Shown: positions 39,144 to 49,266 of the stretch, one piece after another
Position numbering within the stretch: the first letter of the stretch is position 1
Layout: each line of letters starts with the position of its first letter
Assembly: GCA_965205015.1 (NCBI GenBank)
Contig: OZ242029.1
Span: 2,272,001-2,336,000, forward strand
From: Candidatus Poribacteria bacterium
GTDB taxonomy: Bacteria > Poribacteria > WGA-4E > WGA-3G
Length of the DNA stretch: 64,000 nucleotides
Reading direction: 5' to 3'
Program-made: the position numbers and the translations under genes
Notes under the pieces: generated by a model
The model's database searches: none
Seen by the model: the letters and a program-made list of their open reading frames with translations, nothing else
Told to the model about the DNA's origin: nothing

Positions 39144-40436
39144 CTATTGGTCTGGCGCGAGTTTACCGCTAACGTTACTAACCGAATGACGACTAAATCC
39201 GGTCAGATAATCCCCAATCTTATCTTGAAGACTTCGTGCAAGTCTTGCTGGACCGATATAATGACTGATGAGGATACCGAACGCGAACACCTCATCGTCT
39301 GCTGTCACGGTGTAGCCAGCCAGCGCAGATACCCCGCTCAACGTCCCTGTCTTCGCACGTAGGACCTTTTCGGCGGACATCCCTTGCATCCGATTTTTCA
39401 AGGTGCCATCAACACCCGCAATCGGCAGCGATGCCAGAAACTCCGGCATCACCTCGAAATTGTGATACATATAGACGAGCAACTTCGTGAGCAATTCGGC
39501 ATTGAGAAGGTTGTATCGAGAGAGTCCAGAACCGTCAACGAACCGGTGTATCGGCGGCTCGTCCATGATTTCTGCTAAAAACCCACCGACAACGTCTCTC
39601 CCCTTTTTCCATGTCCCCGGTTCACTGATAACTTCAGCACCGATCGTTTTGAAAAGCAATTCGGCGGTCCAGTTGTCACTCGGTTTGTTCATCAACTTGA
39701 GGATGTCGGCGAGCGGCGGTGATAGATGCTTGCCGACCCGATGTGCATCTGGGGGCACTGTTCCTTGAACGACATCACCCATTACGTGAACGCCTTTTTC
39801 CATGAGCGCAGTTTTCAAGAGGTGTCCACAGGCGAGTGCCCTGCTCATTTTGTTCGCATCGGGTTCGACTTCTCGGATACTCAAAGCACTGATCCACAGC
39901 GGTCTATCGTCCCACATCCACCCTGGACCTTCCCAAATGGCATCGAGGTATGTGTCATCAACGACGATGTGATCCTGTATCGACTTGACACCCATTTGAA
40001 GCAGGGCATCTGTCAATTTTACAATGTCTTGAGGGCGGAGCACCGGATCAGCCCTGCCTTTTAGATAGATATTTCCTACGACGGCACCCTTCACAATGGT
40101 ATCCGCATAGAGTGTTGTCTCAAATTGATAGTCCGATCCCAATTTCGCTAAGGCAGTCGCTGCGGTGAAGAGTTTTGTTGTAGAGGCGGGATGGTGCAAC
40201 TTGTGGCTGTTTTTTTCGTAAATCACTTCCTCTGTTTCAACGGCAACAACCTTGATGCCGATGCTTGCAGTTGTGAACAAAACTTCCTCCAAGACGGCAT
40301 CGATATCGGTGTGTAGTTTTTTGAGCGGGTCTACAACGGGTGTCGGTGGTGCGGTTTGAATCGGCGTGGTAGTGAATATCCCACACCCTGAGAGCAACAC
40401 CGCACCGCAAAATAGAAAAATAGCAAAGGTCTTCAT
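39144..40436 (-). CDS. dacB: D-Ala-D-Ala carboxypeptidase/endopeptidase (peptidase S13), lipoprotein
   Basis: PASTTK, SDN, DGSGLSR, KTGTL; lipobox LLSGC. Confidence 0.92.
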   Translation of the reverse strand: MKTFAIFLFCGAVLLSGCGIFTTTPIQTAPPTPVVDPLKKLHTDIDAVLEEVLFTTASIGIKVVAVETEEVIYEKNSHKLHHPASTTKLFTAATALAKLGSDYQFETTLYADTIVKGAVVGNIYLKGRADPVLRPQDIVKLTDALLQMGVKSIQDHIVVDDTYLDAIWEGPGWMWDDRPLWISALSIREVEPDANKMSRALACGHLLKTALMEKGVHVMGDVVQGTVPPDAHRVGKHLSPPLADILKLMNKPSDNWTAELLFKTIGAEVISEPGTWKKGRDVVGGFLAEIMDEPPIHRFVDGSGLSRYNLLNAELLTKLLVYMYHNFEVMPEFLASLPIAGVDGTLKNRMQGMSAEKVLRAKTGTLSGVSALAGYTVTADDEVFAFGILISHYIGPARLARSLQDKIGDYLTGFSRHSVSNVSGKLAPDQ

Positions 40437-40610
40437 GGTTTCTAATCATATCACAATTGGGTGAATTGTCAAAATAGAAATTGATGGGTTGGTTGTCAGT
40501 GATCGGTTATCAGTTGTCAGTAAGTGATAGTAGAGGAGTGTCGGGTTTGAAAGAGAGGCGAGGTTGAGAAACCTCGCCCAGTGTGGGAAGTTATGTAAGT
40601 CCTGCAAAAT

Positions 40611-40639
40611 TTGACTTTTCCCCTGAAATGTGATAAAAT
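40611..40639 (+). promoter_or_regulatory. Sigma-70 promoter
   Basis: TTGACT-17-TAAAAT with TG extension, upstream of cimA. Confidence 0.55.
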
Positions 40640-40736
40640 ATCAATAGGCAGATTAGACAGAAATTAGACGCGAAAATATAAAAGGGGACACTGAATTTTG
40701 GCGTAGCCTGAAGCCAAAACTTGCTGGAAAAACAAC

Positions 40737-42320
40737 ATGGTTGAATTTTATGATACAACACTCAGGGATGGCAGCCAAGCAGAAGGCGTAGCGTTTTCTG
40801 TTGAAGATAAACTCATCATCATAGAGGCACTCGATAAGTTAGGCATCCGTTATATTGAGGGCGGCTATCCCGGTTCCAATCCAAAAGACATAGAATTTTT
40901 CAAACGAGCAAAAGGCATGACGTTGGAAACGGCAACAATCGTGCCGTTCGGTAGCACGCGCTATCCCACCTATACCGCCGATGTCGATCCGAATTTAACC
41001 GCGTTGCTCGACACTGGTGCAAGAACTGTAACGATCTTTGGAAAAAGTTGGCGACTCCATGCCACTGAGGTCCTGCGTGTCACAGCAGAAGAGAACTTGG
41101 AGTTGATTGAGAGTTCTGTCCGTTATCTCGTGGAAAATGGTCGCGAAGTTATCTACGATGCCGAACATTTCTTCGATGGTTACGCCGATGATCCTGCGTA
41201 TGCGATAGAGACGCTACGAGCCGCTGCTGCTGGCGGCGCGAGTTGCCTCGTCCTCTGTGATACGAATGGTGGCAGATTGCCCTTAGAAGTTCAGGAAGGT
41301 GTCGAAGTCGTCCTTTCCGATCTGTCATTGCCTGTCGGTATCCATACCCACAACGACGCTGGAATGGGTGCCGCGAACGCAGTACTCGCCGTGCAAGCAG
41401 GTGCAAGCCATGTGCAAGGTACTTTCAACGGTTACGGTGAACGGTGTGGAAACGCGAATCTTGCCTCAATTATCCCCACAATTCAACTCAAACTCGGAAT
41501 CAAATGCCTCCGCGATACGCAATTACAAGCACTCACAAGCGTGTCCCGACTTATCAGTGAATTGGCGAACCTCCCGCATGACGAACGTCAACCCTACGTT
41601 GGGCGTTCCGCCTTTGCGCATAAAGGTGGTTTGCATACCGATGCCATCCGTAAAAACCGCCTCACCTATGAACATATCGTGCCGGAAACAGTCGGCAACA
41701 CACAACGGATTCTCGTTTCCGATCAGGCAGGGCGCGGCACTATTATGAAGAAAATCGAGAGGGCGTATCCCGATTACGACAAGAATTCACCACAGGTGCT
41801 GGAACTCTTTAAACGCCTCAAAGCAGCGGAACAGGAAGGCTACCAATACGAAGCCGCTGAAGCATCGTTTGAACTCTTGACGCATAAGGTATTCAACGGG
41901 TACGAAACCTTCTTTGAATCTGTTGGTTTCCGCGTGATTATCGAACAGTTCAGCGACTTCGCCATGCGTTCCGAGGCGACCATCAAGGTTACGACGCCGG
42001 ATGGTCTTACGGCGCATACCGCCGCTGATGGAGATGGTCCCGTCAATGCCCTTGACACTGCCCTCCGAAAAGCACTGGAACAGTTCTATCCCGCCCTGCA
42101 GACAGTTCGACTCATAGATTACAAGGTTCGGGTGTTGGATACGAAAGCTGGCACGGGTTCAAAAGTTCGGGTGTTAATTGAAGCGAGCGATGGTGAAAGG
42201 ATTTGGAGTACCGTGGGTGTTTCAGAGAATATTATCTCCGCAAGTTGTGAAGCACTGATAGATAGTTTCGAGTATAAACTTTATACAGACAAAGTTCGTG
42301 CCGCTTCGTTGCATACCTAA
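40737..42320 (+). CDS. cimA: Citramalate synthase
   Basis: DTTLRDGSQAEG, GYPGSNPKD, YDAEHFFDG, HTHND, GERCGN, C-terminal regulatory domain. Confidence 0.92.
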   Translation: MVEFYDTTLRDGSQAEGVAFSVEDKLIIIEALDKLGIRYIEGGYPGSNPKDIEFFKRAKGMTLETATIVPFGSTRYPTYTADVDPNLTALLDTGARTVTIFGKSWRLHATEVLRVTAEENLELIESSVRYLVENGREVIYDAEHFFDGYADDPAYAIETLRAAAAGGASCLVLCDTNGGRLPLEVQEGVEVVLSDLSLPVGIHTHNDAGMGAANAVLAVQAGASHVQGTFNGYGERCGNANLASIIPTIQLKLGIKCLRDTQLQALTSVSRLISELANLPHDERQPYVGRSAFAHKGGLHTDAIRKNRLTYEHIVPETVGNTQRILVSDQAGRGTIMKKIERAYPDYDKNSPQVLELFKRLKAAEQEGYQYEAAEASFELLTHKVFNGYETFFESVGFRVIIEQFSDFAMRSEATIKVTTPDGLTAHTAADGDGPVNALDTALRKALEQFYPALQTVRLIDYKVRVLDTKAGTGSKVRVLIEASDGERIWSTVGVSENIISASCEALIDSFEYKLYTDKVRAASLHT

Positions 42321-42355
42321 TAGAGGTCGCCGTGCCTCACATCTTTGGGGGAAAC

Positions 42356-42946
42356 ATGGGACATTTAGACACAATTGAAAAAGCAGCACAAAGGTTGATT
42401 ACGCTCTGTCAGAAAGAGAAACAGACAAAAACAGACAAAGAGAAGATGCTCGGAATACACGCTGAGATCCTTACAAGCATTGAAAACCTTGCCGAATGTG
42501 AACTCTGCGGCGCAATCACAGAAATGATTGTAACGATGACCTTGGCTGATGTCACAGCGAAGTTGTGTAAGGCGTGTGGTGTCAAATCCTTGGAGGTAGG
42601 AAAGATTCAGGCTTCCAAACAGGGGGCATCTCGGAAACGGACCCGCCGCGCGAAGACACCGACTGCTACCACAGCGAGATCAAAGACGAAAAAAAACAGT
42701 AAAACATCTTCCAAACCTGCAGCACCCGTTGAAGAACCAGAAACGCCAGCCGCGCTACATACCCGTATTGAAGCACAAACCGGCATAAAGAAAACCGATG
42801 TAAAACGTCTCCATAAGATTGTTCAGGACATTGCCACCCCAATGACCCCGGAACATACGCTCGCCTATGTCCAACGCGAGGTAGAGATAGCGAAGATAAA
42901 GGTAGACGCAGATGCATTAAAAAGAGCAGTTCCCTTGCTAACTTAG
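42356..42946 (+). CDS. Hypothetical protein with CxxC...CxxC and a basic linker
   Basis: CELC...CKAC; Lys/Arg/Thr-rich middle. Confidence 0.6.
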   Translation: MGHLDTIEKAAQRLITLCQKEKQTKTDKEKMLGIHAEILTSIENLAECELCGAITEMIVTMTLADVTAKLCKACGVKSLEVGKIQASKQGASRKRTRRAKTPTATTARSKTKKNSKTSSKPAAPVEEPETPAALHTRIEAQTGIKKTDVKRLHKIVQDIATPMTPEHTLAYVQREVEIAKIKVDADALKRAVPLLT

Positions 42947-43010
42947 CGGGTATAAGAGACGCATTTCATAGTTCTAACGCACGTTGTTCCTCCGCAAGGT
43001 AAAATTAAAA
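42947..43010 (+). repeat. Family A element, partial
   Basis: ATAGTTCTAACGCACG..CCGCAAGGTAAAATTAAAA; overlaps the stop codon of the convergent epimerase. Confidence 0.75.
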
Positions 43011-43988
43011 ATCTGTCTGGATGTGTTGTGCCCATTCCCGATTTGCTTGGTACCACTCCACAAGCGCAGTGATGCCTTCACGAAAACTGACTTGTGGACG
43101 CCACCCTAAAAGTTTTTCCGCTTTACGAATGTCCGCCCACGTCGCGCGAGCGTCCGCCGGATGAAACGGTTGGTGTGAGAGTTCGGCTTTTCTACCAACG
43201 AGTTCCTCTATCAGTCGGATCGTATCAATAAGCACGATGGGACTATCTGAACCGAGATTAATCACTTCGTATTTGAGGGGTTTCAATCCGGCAATCACAC
43301 CACGGGCAATGTCCTCAAGGTAGGTATAGTCGCGTGAGGATTCTTTGCCATCGCCATAGACGGTAACCGGTTTCCCTTCACTAATCCAATGTACAAAGCG
43401 AAACGCGCTCATATCGGGTCTGCCAGCGGGTCCATACACAGTGAAAAAACGGAAGACTGTCACGTCAATACCGTAGAGATGGTGGTAACTATGGCAGATC
43501 GATTCAGCCCCTTTTTTCGAGGCAGCATAAGGGGACAACGGTCCATCTGTGTTCGTCTCCTCACTGAACGGAAGACTGTTATTCGAACCGTATAGACTTG
43601 ATGTGGATGCCAACACAAATTTTTTAACGTCAAATTCGCGGCACAAATCCAGCAGATTCAGCGTGCCGGTCACGTTTGTATCCACGTATACCCATGGATC
43701 CTCAACAGAATGCCTCACGCCAGCACGCGCTGCGAGATTAATCACAGCGTCAAATGTAGGGGTTTCCCTCTTGAATATTGCCTGCAATGTTTCCCGATCA
43801 CAGATGTCTGAGCGGTGGAACTCGAAATTTGGGGTGCCTTCAAGTTGTTCAAGCCTCCATTGCTTGACCTGCGTGTCATACGAGGCATTTAAGTTATCGA
43901 TCCCAACAACGGTATGACCCGCCTCCAGCATAAATTCCGTCACTTTCCATCCGATAAATCCAGCGCAACCGGTGACGAGATATTTCAT
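43005..43988 (-). CDS. NAD-dependent epimerase (UDP-glucuronate 4-epimerase-like)
   Basis: GCAGFIG, LAARAGVR, YAASK, RFFTVYGP.GRPDM. Confidence 0.9.
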   Translation of the reverse strand: MKYLVTGCAGFIGWKVTEFMLEAGHTVVGIDNLNASYDTQVKQWRLEQLEGTPNFEFHRSDICDRETLQAIFKRETPTFDAVINLAARAGVRHSVEDPWVYVDTNVTGTLNLLDLCREFDVKKFVLASTSSLYGSNNSLPFSEETNTDGPLSPYAASKKGAESICHSYHHLYGIDVTVFRFFTVYGPAGRPDMSAFRFVHWISEGKPVTVYGDGKESSRDYTYLEDIARGVIAGLKPLKYEVINLGSDSPIVLIDTIRLIEELVGRKAELSHQPFHPADARATWADIRKAEKLLGWRPQVSFREGITALVEWYQANREWAQHIQTDF

Positions 43989-44006
43989 ATCTGTTCCCTT
44001 TCATGG

Positions 44007-44870
44007 TTATACGCAACCTGCCTTGAATGCTTCAAAACGCTCTTGAAACAGTGACAGTGCTATTTCCGACATCTCATATTGTGTTTGGGTGTCTGTCTCC
44101 AATTTTTGTAGTTCGGTTTCGTTTTGCGACAGGAGTGCGTCAATTTCCTCGACTTCCTGTTTCAACGCAAGGATCGCTTCAAATGCTGAGGTTTCACTGG
44201 TACACGCTGTCAACAATTCGTGATAAAGCGTCACGCCCCCATCAAGTCTTTTGAAATCGCGGTGTATCTGATTCAATACGCCACGGTAATGCTCCGGTAC
44301 CATCGGGTTCTCTGTCTCAGCGAGCGTTTTTAAAGTGGTACCTAACTGGGTCAACTGAATCTGCTTATCCGACCAGAGAATCTTTTTCGCGACACCGTCC
44401 ACATTGTCGCTATCTATGACGGGCGCGTGCTTCTGTAAGTCATCGTGAAGTTGAGTTTCCAATTCAACCAATTTGGCTTGAAATGCCTTGATACGGCGTT
44501 TGAATTCCTCAGAATACCTCCGAACTTCAGGGAACTTCTCATGAAGTGCGTCGTGTTTCTCTTTTAATTTGTGAACCTTCAAGATGTAAGTAGGATAACG
44601 CACCTTGAGGCTCTGGGCAAGTGTTCGCACTTCCCGCAGGTCACTCTTGGTCAGTTTCCTAACTTGTTTACCCTCCAACACCCCTATGAACCCATATACC
44701 GCAGCAGATAAACCGCAAAGGGTTAGGAGGATAGACGCTAAGATCTGAAAGACCCCGTCATCTACTGCCACGCGAATTGCCAAGAAACCGAATCCTCCGA
44801 GAAGTAGACCGGCAACAAGAAGAAAGATTGGATTGGACAAATAGGGTTCTATTCTAATTTTTGTTGACAT
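44007..44870 (-). CDS. Hypothetical 2-TM coiled-coil protein
   Basis: Two N-terminal TM segments then heptad-rich helices. Confidence 0.6.
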   Translation of the reverse strand: MSTKIRIEPYLSNPIFLLVAGLLLGGFGFLAIRVAVDDGVFQILASILLTLCGLSAAVYGFIGVLEGKQVRKLTKSDLREVRTLAQSLKVRYPTYILKVHKLKEKHDALHEKFPEVRRYSEEFKRRIKAFQAKLVELETQLHDDLQKHAPVIDSDNVDGVAKKILWSDKQIQLTQLGTTLKTLAETENPMVPEHYRGVLNQIHRDFKRLDGGVTLYHELLTACTSETSAFEAILALKQEVEEIDALLSQNETELQKLETDTQTQYEMSEIALSLFQERFEAFKAGCV

Positions 44871-44928
44871 ATTTCCCCCATCACAGAGGATGTTCTATGA
44901 TCGGAGCAAGACACTGATACAGAAAAGA

Positions 44929-45477
44929 TTAATTGGCATCGGGTGTTGCTAAAAGTTTGTCAATTGCTTGCTTCAGTTCAGCGTAGGTTTCTGCTTTGAA
45001 ATCCGATTTCCGGTGGAACACAATAATCCCTTCCTGCGAGATGAGGTAGAGCGTCGGTTTCTTTTTTTCTGTCTGATACCGCTTGTGCACTTCCCCTTTC
45101 CAATCCAGCAGGAATCCCACAGCAGGCGGGTTTTTCTTCAATTGGCTCCTGATAAACCGTTTCGGTATGAATCCCGGAACGCTCCGTAAATCACCAATGA
45201 TGTAGGCGACGACCTGTTCGTTCTCTCCGTACGCCTTCTGGAACGCCTCTGCCCACTTGTCGTCTTCCTCTCGAATCTTACGGTTGCCCATAATGAGGAA
45301 AACGACCTTACCGCGCAACTTCTTCAGATGGTGATCCTTTTCCTCAGCGTCTTGGAGCGTCCACTCCGGTGCTGTATCGCCGACTTTCGGCGGTGCTGTT
45401 TCCGATTTTTCATCGGCAACAGCCACGAACATTCCAAAAAGACGAATGCTAATAGCTGCAACGATAAGTAGTTTCAT
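44929..45477 (-). CDS. Secreted thioredoxin-fold (redoxin-like) protein lacking CxxC
   Basis: VGDTAPEWTLQD...LRGKVV, LLDWKG, PTLYLI. Confidence 0.65.
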   Translation of the reverse strand: MKLLIVAAISIRLFGMFVAVADEKSETAPPKVGDTAPEWTLQDAEEKDHHLKKLRGKVVFLIMGNRKIREEDDKWAEAFQKAYGENEQVVAYIIGDLRSVPGFIPKRFIRSQLKKNPPAVGFLLDWKGEVHKRYQTEKKKPTLYLISQEGIIVFHRKSDFKAETYAELKQAIDKLLATPDAN

Positions 45478-45505
45478 AGCGGACAGCAACTCCTGCGAAT
45501 TTGCC

Positions 45506-45904
45506 TCAGTGTGGATGAAGTTCAATCGTTCCAGTTAAGAATGAGATATTGATATCAAAATGATCCAGGAAATTCATGCCTAACAGACCATCTATTATTG
45601 AATTTTCAGGTAAGTCGTGGCACAAGACATCAATATTCTCAAGAGTTTGTCCAAGAGCGGTTAATTTACGCACAGTGACAATTTTCGCGGAAACGGTACC
45701 GCCTCCGGTAATGATTTCTACCTCTTGCTTCGGATTTGATAAATCATATCCTAAAGCGGTGGCAACCTTCGGGGGAATAGTTGTATTTGAGGCACCAGTA
45801 TCTAAAGCCACGGGCAACAGATCAGAGTCGTTTCCATCAATGCTACCGACTTCAAGATGCAGAATGATCAACCGACGTATGCGAGTGAAAGGGACACGTG
45901 CCAT
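45506..45904 (-). CDS. Retropepsin-like (clan AA) aspartic protease
   Basis: ALDTGAS and GLLGMNFL. Confidence 0.88.
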   Translation of the reverse strand: MARVPFTRIRRLIILHLEVGSIDGNDSDLLPVALDTGASNTTIPPKVATALGYDLSNPKQEVEIITGGGTVSAKIVTVRKLTALGQTLENIDVLCHDLPENSIIDGLLGMNFLDHFDINISFLTGTIELHPH

Positions 45905-46131
45905 TACAAGATATACTCCACATCTTCTGGAATTTCGCGCGTAGAATGTATAGCCACCTTTCCTTTGTAGTCAGCTATGGCATCATGAATATCTTCTCGG
46001 AATTTGCTATGGACAGCCACTACTCCGGACAGCAGTTCGGTATTTTCGCTGATTTCGCAATCCACGATAAGCAGCCATTCATCTGGGTACTTCTGCTCTA
46101 TTTCTTGGAGTGTTAGTCGTTCGTTTGTCAT
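45904..46131 (-). CDS. Small acidic protein (DUF5678-like), partner of the retropepsin
   Basis: EI..KYPDEWLLI...GVVAVHS; stop overlaps the protease start (TAATG). Confidence 0.65.
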   Translation of the reverse strand: MTNERLTLQEIEQKYPDEWLLIVDCEISENTELLSGVVAVHSKFREDIHDAIADYKGKVAIHSTREIPEDVEYIL

Positions 46132-46322
46132 CTTCAGGTTCTCCTTTTCAAATAGGCATAATCAATTGATTTACGCCTATTGTAACATTAATGCTTTCCT
46201 CTTAGCAAGAGGTATTCAAAACTTTCAATAATTGTCAAGTTGATTTTTTAGTGGAAACCTGCTACGCTATTAGACAAGAAAATTGTGCTAACAAACGCTT
46301 TCCTATTATTCGGATCCGCAAT

Positions 46323-47027
46323 ATGAATGCTGAACGCACTATCCCTACACTTTTGAATCAAATTCGGGAGGAAGTCCTCCCGTCCATCGCACACCCTTCG
46401 GAACTCCAGACAACTGAGGGTTTGCAAGACCTCAGGAGTCGGCTCCACAGCCTCCACTATTACTGCATCCGCTCACAGATTCCCAATCCGGTTTGCAATC
46501 GTGTAGAGACTTTGCTTTCAACGAGTTCAGGTCTTTGGCATCTCATCGCTGAAAATGAGTTGATGCTGAAGAATCTGAAAGAGTATACCCGCGTGCGGAC
46601 CTTCTCTGCAGAGGCAGAAGGAATTACCAATATTGAGGAGCTCCTTTCTGGCGAAGATACCCTTCGCGATGTGCTCATCAACAGTGTCGCGTTTATGCTC
46701 AATTGGAAAGCGAATACAATTTGGGTGGACTCCGCGAAACGCGCACGTACCGCAATGGCAAAAAACTATATGCTGGAAATCCAGGATCGCATCTGGCAGT
46801 TCATCAAAGAAAGCGCGGTGGAAACAGAAGACGACTTAGCGAAAGCCGAGCAGATCCGCGAACGCGCGGACAGATTGCTCGCAGTCGTCCATGCCAGCGA
46901 TTTACCAACCGAAGCGCAGGTTACGCTCCTGATGCAGATCTATACACTACTCTTGCGCCTTCAGCTCGGTCAACTGATTATTCAATTAGAGACCCTTCAA
47001 GACCAAGAGAACGGAACGAACGCATGA
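46323..47027 (+). CDS. Hypothetical all-helical protein
   Basis: Long ORF, ATGA-coupled to the next gene; start uncertain (46251 or 46323). Confidence 0.6.
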   Translation: MNAERTIPTLLNQIREEVLPSIAHPSELQTTEGLQDLRSRLHSLHYYCIRSQIPNPVCNRVETLLSTSSGLWHLIAENELMLKNLKEYTRVRTFSAEAEGITNIEELLSGEDTLRDVLINSVAFMLNWKANTIWVDSAKRARTAMAKNYMLEIQDRIWQFIKESAVETEDDLAKAEQIRERADRLLAVVHASDLPTEAQVTLLMQIYTLLLRLQLGQLIIQLETLQDQENGTNA

Positions 47028-48265
47028 AAACACGTCTTTTTCTCCGTTCCAATTATTTATGCCGCAGCGTGAGAATCGTATGCTGCAATACACTCCTACT
47101 GCTGCTGTGCCATAGTGTGCTCGCCGCCGAGGTGCCTACCGTGTCGCCGGGCAGAGAAGTACGCATCACGGCTCCAAAAACAGGGAAGACCTTCCTGCTT
47201 TACGTTCCGGTGGATTACACCGATAAACGTCCATTTCCGGTTATTTTTTGTTATCACGGCTACCGCGGATCAGCGACAACCTGGCCCTTCAAACAGGTGA
47301 CAAAGGGGCAAGGGTTTATCGTTGTGGGTATGAATTACGCAACTGATGCTTACTACCACAAACTCCGGTTCACCACAACGGGACCGGAGAAAATCTTCTT
47401 TGATGAGGCATTAGAAATTATCTCAACACGGGTGAACGTTGCCCAAGACTACATTTTTATGGGGGGCTATAGCCAGGGCGGCTACTCAACGACCGTTCTC
47501 GGAGAACAGCTGTTAGATCGGTTGGCGGGGAGTCTCGTCCTTGGTGCTGGTAGATGCTATGTGGATATGCAGCCACCACCGGCGGAGCTCATCCGCGGGC
47601 ATCCGTTCTTCTATGGTGTTGGGGAATTAGATGACCCACATTACCCACGCGCAAAACGTGCTTTGCGGTTTTATACAGAGTGCGGCGCAGATGTGACCTT
47701 TGAGGGATGGAAAGATGAAACGCACAAGCTCTCTTCACAGTGGATGAGAAAAACAAAGATGCGGGAGTGGCTTATCGCTTATGGACCCATGAAACAGGCT
47801 GCGTCTGGATTTGAAAAGGCACAGACCGCAGAGAAGAAGGGTAAACTGGGTGAGGCGTTCACGCTTTACACCCAAATTGCGGAGATTTTACCGGATACAG
47901 AACTGTGCCGCACGGCGGAAGAATCAGCAATACATCTCGGCACCGAAGCCGAAACGCAATTCAATCGGTTGAAAAAGACGGCTGATGAAAAATCCTACGC
48001 TGAGGTGGTAAAGGCGTTAGAAGCATTCCGCGATAAATATGTCGGAAGCGTCTTTGAAGAACACGCGGTGCAACTGCTCGGTGAACTGCTGAATGCCAAG
48101 GCAGATGCGTTAGAGGGTCGAGCGCGCGAGGCAGAAGCAGAGAAAAAATATACGCGTGCTTTGCAACTCTACAAACTCTATCTTACCCACTTCCCAAAGG
48201 CAAGGCGCTACGCGGAAGTCCAAAGACAGGTAAAAGCGTTGAGAAACAGAACAGGAACAAAATAA
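47024..48265 (+). CDS. Alpha/beta hydrolase (esterase-like) with helical TPR-like C-terminus
   Basis: LYVP.DY....PVIFCYHG, GYSQGG nucleophile, GELD, His. Confidence 0.75.
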   Translation: MKTRLFLRSNYLCRSVRIVCCNTLLLLLCHSVLAAEVPTVSPGREVRITAPKTGKTFLLYVPVDYTDKRPFPVIFCYHGYRGSATTWPFKQVTKGQGFIVVGMNYATDAYYHKLRFTTTGPEKIFFDEALEIISTRVNVAQDYIFMGGYSQGGYSTTVLGEQLLDRLAGSLVLGAGRCYVDMQPPPAELIRGHPFFYGVGELDDPHYPRAKRALRFYTECGADVTFEGWKDETHKLSSQWMRKTKMREWLIAYGPMKQAASGFEKAQTAEKKGKLGEAFTLYTQIAEILPDTELCRTAEESAIHLGTEAETQFNRLKKTADEKSYAEVVKALEAFRDKYVGSVFEEHAVQLLGELLNAKADALEGRAREAEAEKKYTRALQLYKLYLTHFPKARRYAEVQRQVKALRNRTGTK

Positions 48266-48275
48266 GGAGGATCCT

Positions 48276-49076
48276 ATGCAAAAAAAATTGTTTGAAGAAC
48301 TTGTCGGTGTCATAGCCACGTTAAGAAGTGAGAACGGATGTCCGTGGGATCGGGAACAGACGCATGAAACGCTGAAATCTACACTCATTGAGGAAACTTA
48401 CGAAACACTTGAAGCCATTGATGCAGGCGACCCGAAAAAATTGAAAGAGGAATTGGGTGATCTCCTGCTGAACGTTATGCTCCAAGCACAGATCGCAGCA
48501 GAACATAAGGATTTTGACATCTACGCCGTGATTGAAACACTCACAGAGAAACTCATTCGGCGACATCCGCACGTCTTTGGCGATATCGACGTTGAGGATT
48601 CAGACGAGGTTGTGAAAAACTGGGAAGAAATTAAACGCCAAGAGGCAGGCTACGAAGATCGAAAATCGGTCCTTGACGGAATTCCGGACGCCCTTCCAAC
48701 CCTGCTCCGCGCCCAGAAGATACAGAACCGGGCAGCACGTGTCGGTTTCGATTGGGATAAACTCACCGATGTTGTTGCCAAAGTTGACGAAGAACTTCAA
48801 GAGGTCAAGGCGAGTATCCGGGCGGATAAACCGGAAGCAATTTCGATGGAACTTGGGGATCTGTTCTTTGCCATCGTCAATCTGTGCCGCTTTATGGAGA
48901 TCCAAGCCGAGGAGACACTGCGGGCGGCGAACCGTAAGTTTGTAAGCCGCTTTAAATGGATGGAAGCGGAATTGGAACGCCGCGGCACAAATTTTGAAGC
49001 GCAAGACTTAGAGAGCCTCGATGCAATCTGGGAAGAAGCGAAAAAGGCGGAAGTTGATGGGGACCTCGGTCCGTAG
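48276..49076 (+). CDS. mazG: Nucleoside triphosphate pyrophosphohydrolase MazG
   Basis: GCPWDREQT, EETYE, EELGDLL, RRHPHVF, GFDW. Confidence 0.95.
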   Translation: MQKKLFEELVGVIATLRSENGCPWDREQTHETLKSTLIEETYETLEAIDAGDPKKLKEELGDLLLNVMLQAQIAAEHKDFDIYAVIETLTEKLIRRHPHVFGDIDVEDSDEVVKNWEEIKRQEAGYEDRKSVLDGIPDALPTLLRAQKIQNRAARVGFDWDKLTDVVAKVDEELQEVKASIRADKPEAISMELGDLFFAIVNLCRFMEIQAEETLRAANRKFVSRFKWMEAELERRGTNFEAQDLESLDAIWEEAKKAEVDGDLGP

Positions 49077-49156
49077 TAGCGCAATAGCGCAAGTCGCGTG
49101 TGGATTTACGGGACGATGCGCCTTGCGTAAGTCCTAATATGCAACAGGAGCGCGTG

Positions 49157-49266
49157 GACGAATGGCACATTCACTATTGGAGTTTTCCACCTTTGTAGCA
49201 TAGGCTGTTAGCCTGTGATCCTAAAAGCACAAACACGGGTAGACGAATGGCACATTCACTATTGGA
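49157..49266 (+). repeat. 25-bp direct duplication of a gene start around a REP-like hairpin
   Basis: GACGAATGGCACATTCACTATTGGA at 49157-49181 and 49242-49266. Confidence 0.9.
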
